From: Nanobdellota archaeon
GTDB lineage: Archaea; Nanobdellota; Nanobdellia; Woesearchaeales; CAZZGN01
DNA: 54,277 bases
NCBI GenBank assembly: GCA_051819665.1
Contig: JBNJDG010000005.1
Span: 1 to 54,277, forward strand
Direction: 5' to 3'
The notes beneath the pieces are model-generated. The model saw nothing but the letters and a program-made list of their open reading frames with translations. It had not been told where the DNA came from and did not search any database. Below, one piece after another: positions 50,842 through 54,277 of this stretch. Each line of letters opens with the position of its first letter. Positions within the stretch are counted from its first letter, which is position 1. The position numbers were made by a program, and so were the translations under genes.

Positions 50842-52482
50842 ATGGCAACAAAAAATACTGCTGAAGACATGGCATCAAAACAGAGGGATATCTCTATATC
50901 TGAGTTTTTTGCCAAGAACAGACATCTATTGGGCTTTGACAGCAAAAGGAAAGCCCTCCTTACTACGATAAAAGAAGCTGTAGATAACAGCCTTGATGCA
51001 TGCGAAGAAGCGAGGATCCTTCCCGAACTATCTATAGAGATAATAGAGATGGGTAATGACCGATACAGGATTATCGTCGAGGATAACGGTCCCGGCATAG
51101 TGAAAAAACAGATCCCGAACATATTTGCCAAGCTCCTTTACGGAAGTAAGTTCCATAAACTGGCCCAGTCGAGGGGACAGCAGGGTATCGGAATAAGCGC
51201 ATCTGTGATGTATGCACAACTTACAACAGGCAGGCCTGTCAAGATAACCTCCAAGACTGCGCCCGATGAACCCGCAAATTACAACGAACTTCAGATAGAG
51301 ACCCAGAAGAACAAACCTCAGCTCCTGAACTCACAGACTGTAGAATGGCATAAGAACCACGGCACAAGGATCGAGATGGACCTTGAAGGAAGTTATTACA
51401 AAGGCGCACAGTCCGTGGACGAATACATAAAACAGACAGCCATCACCAATCCACATGTCACCATCATCTATACTAATCCTAAAGCAGAACAGCTTATCTT
51501 CACAAGAGGCACTGAGAATCTACCTGCAGAACCCAAAGAGATAAAACCTCATCCTTATGGTGTGGAAATAGGCTTCCTCATGAAGATGATGAGATGGACC
51601 GATGCAAGAACTTTGCAGAGTTTCCTCACAAATGAATTCTCAAGGATCGGTGAAGGCACTGCCAAGACCATATGCGAGAACGCCGCCCTGCTGCCCAATA
51701 CAAAACCTAAGAACATGAACAGGGACATGGCAGAACAACTTATCAACGGGATAAAGAAAACCAAGATAATCTCTCCACCTACTGACTGTATCTCCCCGAT
51801 TGGAGAGGATCTTCTCCTTAAAGGGCTGAAGAAGGAGATCAATGCAGAGTTCTACACCTCGGTCAGCAGACCACCTAATGTCTACAGAGGAAATCCTTTC
51901 CAGATCGAAGCCGCTATAGCTTACGGAGGACAGCAGGAAAGCGAAGGACCTATAAACATCCTGAGATATGCAAACCGCGTTCCGCTGCTTTACCAACAAG
52001 GTGCATGCGGAGCTACAAAAGCAATAATAAACACAAGCTGGAAAAACTACGGTCTGAGCCAGAGTAACGGTTCTCTGCCACAAGGACCAATAACAATAGT
52101 CATACACATCTCATCAGTATGGGTGCCTTTTACCTCAGAGAGCAAGGAAGCCATAGCCCATTACCCGGAGATCCTGAAAGAGATGAAGCTCTGCATACAG
52201 GAATGCGGAAGAAAACTGGGAGGTTATATTAAGAAGAAAAAGAACGTAGGCAAAGAACTGAAGAAGAGGAGCTACATACAAAAATACCTACCTCATGTTG
52301 TAGAGAGCTTAGGAGAGATACTCGAGCTGTCAAAAGCCGACCAGGACAGAACAACCGAGAACCTTAAAGGCATCCTGGAAGAGAAGAGGGGCAAAGTGGA
52401 TGATATGAAATTCGACCCTAACCAGAATAAAGAGTATGATGAAGACATAGCAAATATAGGGAAAGGTGATGAGGATGAGTGA
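50842..52482 (+). CDS. top6B: DNA topoisomerase VI subunit B
   Basis: [28 protein letters not shown]. Confidence 0.96.
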   Translation: MATKNTAEDMASKQRDISISEFFAKNRHLLGFDSKRKALLTTIKEAVDNSLDACEEARILPELSIEIIEMGNDRYRIIVEDNGPGIVKKQIPNIFAKLLYGSKFHKLAQSRGQQGIGISASVMYAQLTTGRPVKITSKTAPDEPANYNELQIETQKNKPQLLNSQTVEWHKNHGTRIEMDLEGSYYKGAQSVDEYIKQTAITNPHVTIIYTNPKAEQLIFTRGTENLPAEPKEIKPHPYGVEIGFLMKMMRWTDARTLQSFLTNEFSRIGEGTAKTICENAALLPNTKPKNMNRDMAEQLINGIKKTKIISPPTDCISPIGEDLLLKGLKKEINAEFYTSVSRPPNVYRGNPFQIEAAIAYGGQQESEGPINILRYANRVPLLYQQGACGATKAIINTSWKNYGLSQSNGSLPQGPITIVIHISSVWVPFTSESKEAIAHYPEILKEMKLCIQECGRKLGGYIKKKKNVGKELKKRSYIQKYLPHVVESLGEILELSKADQDRTTENLKGILEEKRGKVDDMKFDPNQNKEYDEDIANIGKGDEDE

Positions 52483-53557
52483 TATAATAAGCAAGATAAG
52501 GAACATAGCACAAAGTATCCACGAGAGCATCCTCAAGAACCAGGCCCCCAGAGTTGAAAGTCCATTAAGGAGCCTTAATAATGTAGAGTATGACCAGAAA
52601 CACGGCTATTTCAGGATAAGCGGAAAGGTTAAAGAAAGGACCCTTACTGCTTCGACCATCAAGACTTTCGCCCAGACCCTCAGGATGATGGGGCTCAGCA
52701 AAGGACTTATAGAGAGCGATGACATCGCAACTAAAAGGGAAGCATATTATGTATCAAAGAATTGGGGAGATGCAAGATTCAAAGAGCAGCCTGAATCAGA
52801 TACAGTCATGGATGATGTCGAAGCCACCCTTCTCGTAAACAGGGAACAGATGGGTTTCATCCCCGAAGAGAAGGGGGGTGACGTAGCCGGCGAGCTTGTT
52901 GTCGTGGATAAAGACTCTGAAACAGGAAAAGATGTCAGGATAGACTGTACAAAGATGGGCTCGGGTGCATACTCAGTACCGAGCAAGGTTGAAGAATTGA
53001 AATTCGAGACCAACGCAAAATTCATCCTGGCTATCGAGACTGCAGGTATGTTCCAGAGACTTGTCAAGCACAAGTTCTGGAGAAAGGAGAACTGCATATT
53101 GATATCTCTCGGAGGCGTTCCGACAAGAGCATGCAGGAGATTCATAAGAAGGTTGAGTGACAGCAGGAACCTGCCAGTCTATGTATTCACTGACGGGGAT
53201 CCATACGGTTTCGCGAACATATACAGGACACTTAAAGTAGGATCAGGTAATGCCGCCCATATCAATGAATTCTTCTGCGTCCCCAGCGCAAAATTCTTTG
53301 GTATCACCCCGAAAGATATAATCGATTATAAGCTGCCCTCACATCCTCTGAAAGAGATGGATGTCAAAAGGCTTAAGGACGCCATAAAGAATGATCCTTT
53401 CATAAAAGACCATAAGGAATGGGTTGATGCCCTGAATCTCCTGCTGAAGATGAGGAAGAGGGCTGAACAGCAGGCTCTTGCCGCGTGGGGTCTCAATTAT
53501 GTAATGGAGACTTACCTTCCGGACAAGATAAGGAACCCGAAAACCTGGCTTCCGTGA
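52475..53557 (+). CDS. top6A: DNA topoisomerase VI subunit A
   Basis: KREAYY, AIET, GVP, DGDPYG, AEQQA. Confidence 0.95.
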   Translation: MSDIISKIRNIAQSIHESILKNQAPRVESPLRSLNNVEYDQKHGYFRISGKVKERTLTASTIKTFAQTLRMMGLSKGLIESDDIATKREAYYVSKNWGDARFKEQPESDTVMDDVEATLLVNREQMGFIPEEKGGDVAGELVVVDKDSETGKDVRIDCTKMGSGAYSVPSKVEELKFETNAKFILAIETAGMFQRLVKHKFWRKENCILISLGGVPTRACRRFIRRLSDSRNLPVYVFTDGDPYGFANIYRTLKVGSGNAAHINEFFCVPSAKFFGITPKDIIDYKLPSHPLKEMDVKRLKDAIKNDPFIKDHKEWVDALNLLLKMRKRAEQQALAAWGLNYVMETYLPDKIRNPKTWLP

Positions 53558-53796
53558 CTTTCTTTATTCCATTATTCTTAGGGTTAAATATTTACACTAA
53601 CTAGTTTAATTAATTAAACCATGAAAAACATAAAAGAATTATCGGGTAACAAAAAACTATCTGCGATCCTAAACTTATTCTGAAAAGAAAGCCAGGTTCT
53701 TGCTTAACTCCGCATCAGATTTTCTGAAGACCATTAATAATATCATCTCCAAACGAAATCTTTAAAAAAGAAACACCTATCCTCCCTTCTATTATT

Positions 53797-53871
53797 GGAC
53801 CTATAGCATAGTCTGGATAATGCGACGGCCTTCTAAGCCGTAGATCGGGGGTTCGAATCCCCCTAGGTCCG
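53797..53871 (+). tRNA. tRNA-Arg(UCU)
   Basis: GGACCUA/UAGGUCC acceptor, ACGGC-CUUCUAA-GCCGU, GGGGG-UUCGAAU-CCCCC, G73. Confidence 0.96.
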
Positions 53872-54217
53872 TTAGTTTTTGTGGGCTTGAGCTCTAGCGA
53901 AACCCACATTGCGTATCAAATTCGAGTAACAATTTGTTCTGGATCCCCCTAGGTCCGCTTTATTTTTGCGATAGTTTTTTTAGTTAGATCTGGCTTTAGT
54001 CAGATGTTACACGGGTTGATAAGGGTGAAACCCTTATGTGGGGATTCCCCTAGGTCCGTTCCTCTCAAGTTTTTTAGAAAAACTTGACTAAAACAGTGGG
54101 AACTTTGTTCTTCTTTGAGTGGGCTTGAGCTCTAGCGAAACCCACATTGCGTATCAAATTCGAGTAACAATTTGTTCTGGATCCCACCAGGTCCGTTAGT
54201 TTTTGTGGGCTTGAGCT
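53857..54217 (+). repeat. Array of tRNA-Arg 3'-end copies with partly duplicated spacers
   Basis: ATYCCMYYAGGTCCG-type copies at 53857, 53943, 54044 and 54181; 67-bp exact duplicate 53881-53947/54119-54185. Confidence 0.92.
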
Positions 54218-54277
54218 TCATTCTTATGCAACAGACAATTAGTTTTAAATATTAATACCTCAAAAATTAAACCGATG

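Noticed and set aside
53715..53909. 64-aa minus-strand ORF
   Set aside because: Antisense to tRNA-Arg
53857..54217. CRISPR array, or split/permuted tRNA
   Set aside because: Repeats are 15-bp tRNA ends, spacers are long, unequal and partly duplicated, no cas genes; no matching 5' tRNA part or clear bulge-helix-bulge junction

Overview
Gene-dense archaeal chromosomal segment, most consistent with a DPANN (Woesearchaeota-like) genome. Archaeal markers (Topo VI A/B, RadB, aMBF1, Rio1, Dim2, archaeal DnaG, OapABC/ArvABC, TATA boxes about 30 nt before near-leaderless ATGs) sit beside bacterial-type genes (GyrA, ThrRS, class I GAPDH). The window holds RNase P RNA, tRNA-Thr(UGU), tRNA-Arg(UCU), about 60 CDSs and a LAGLIDADG intein in GyrA. 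The strongest signals not explained by annotation are: (1) cognate-codon leader peptides ahead of two aminoacyl-tRNA synthetase loci (Trp-Trp before an ORF-trpS unit, Thr-Thr before thrS), each with anti-Shine-Dalgarno pairing, suggesting ribosome-mediated attenuation; (2) repeated tRNA 3' ends with hairpin-rich spacers behind both tRNAs, sharing a 29-nt motif; (3) a structured leader of about 290 nt on dnaG; (4) a GCS2 ligase plus two FGase-like hydrolases; (5) a 1.8-kb insertion bounded by a 26-bp duplication; (6) two microproteins missed by the ORF track. All calls come from reading motifs by eye; no searches or folding programs were run.
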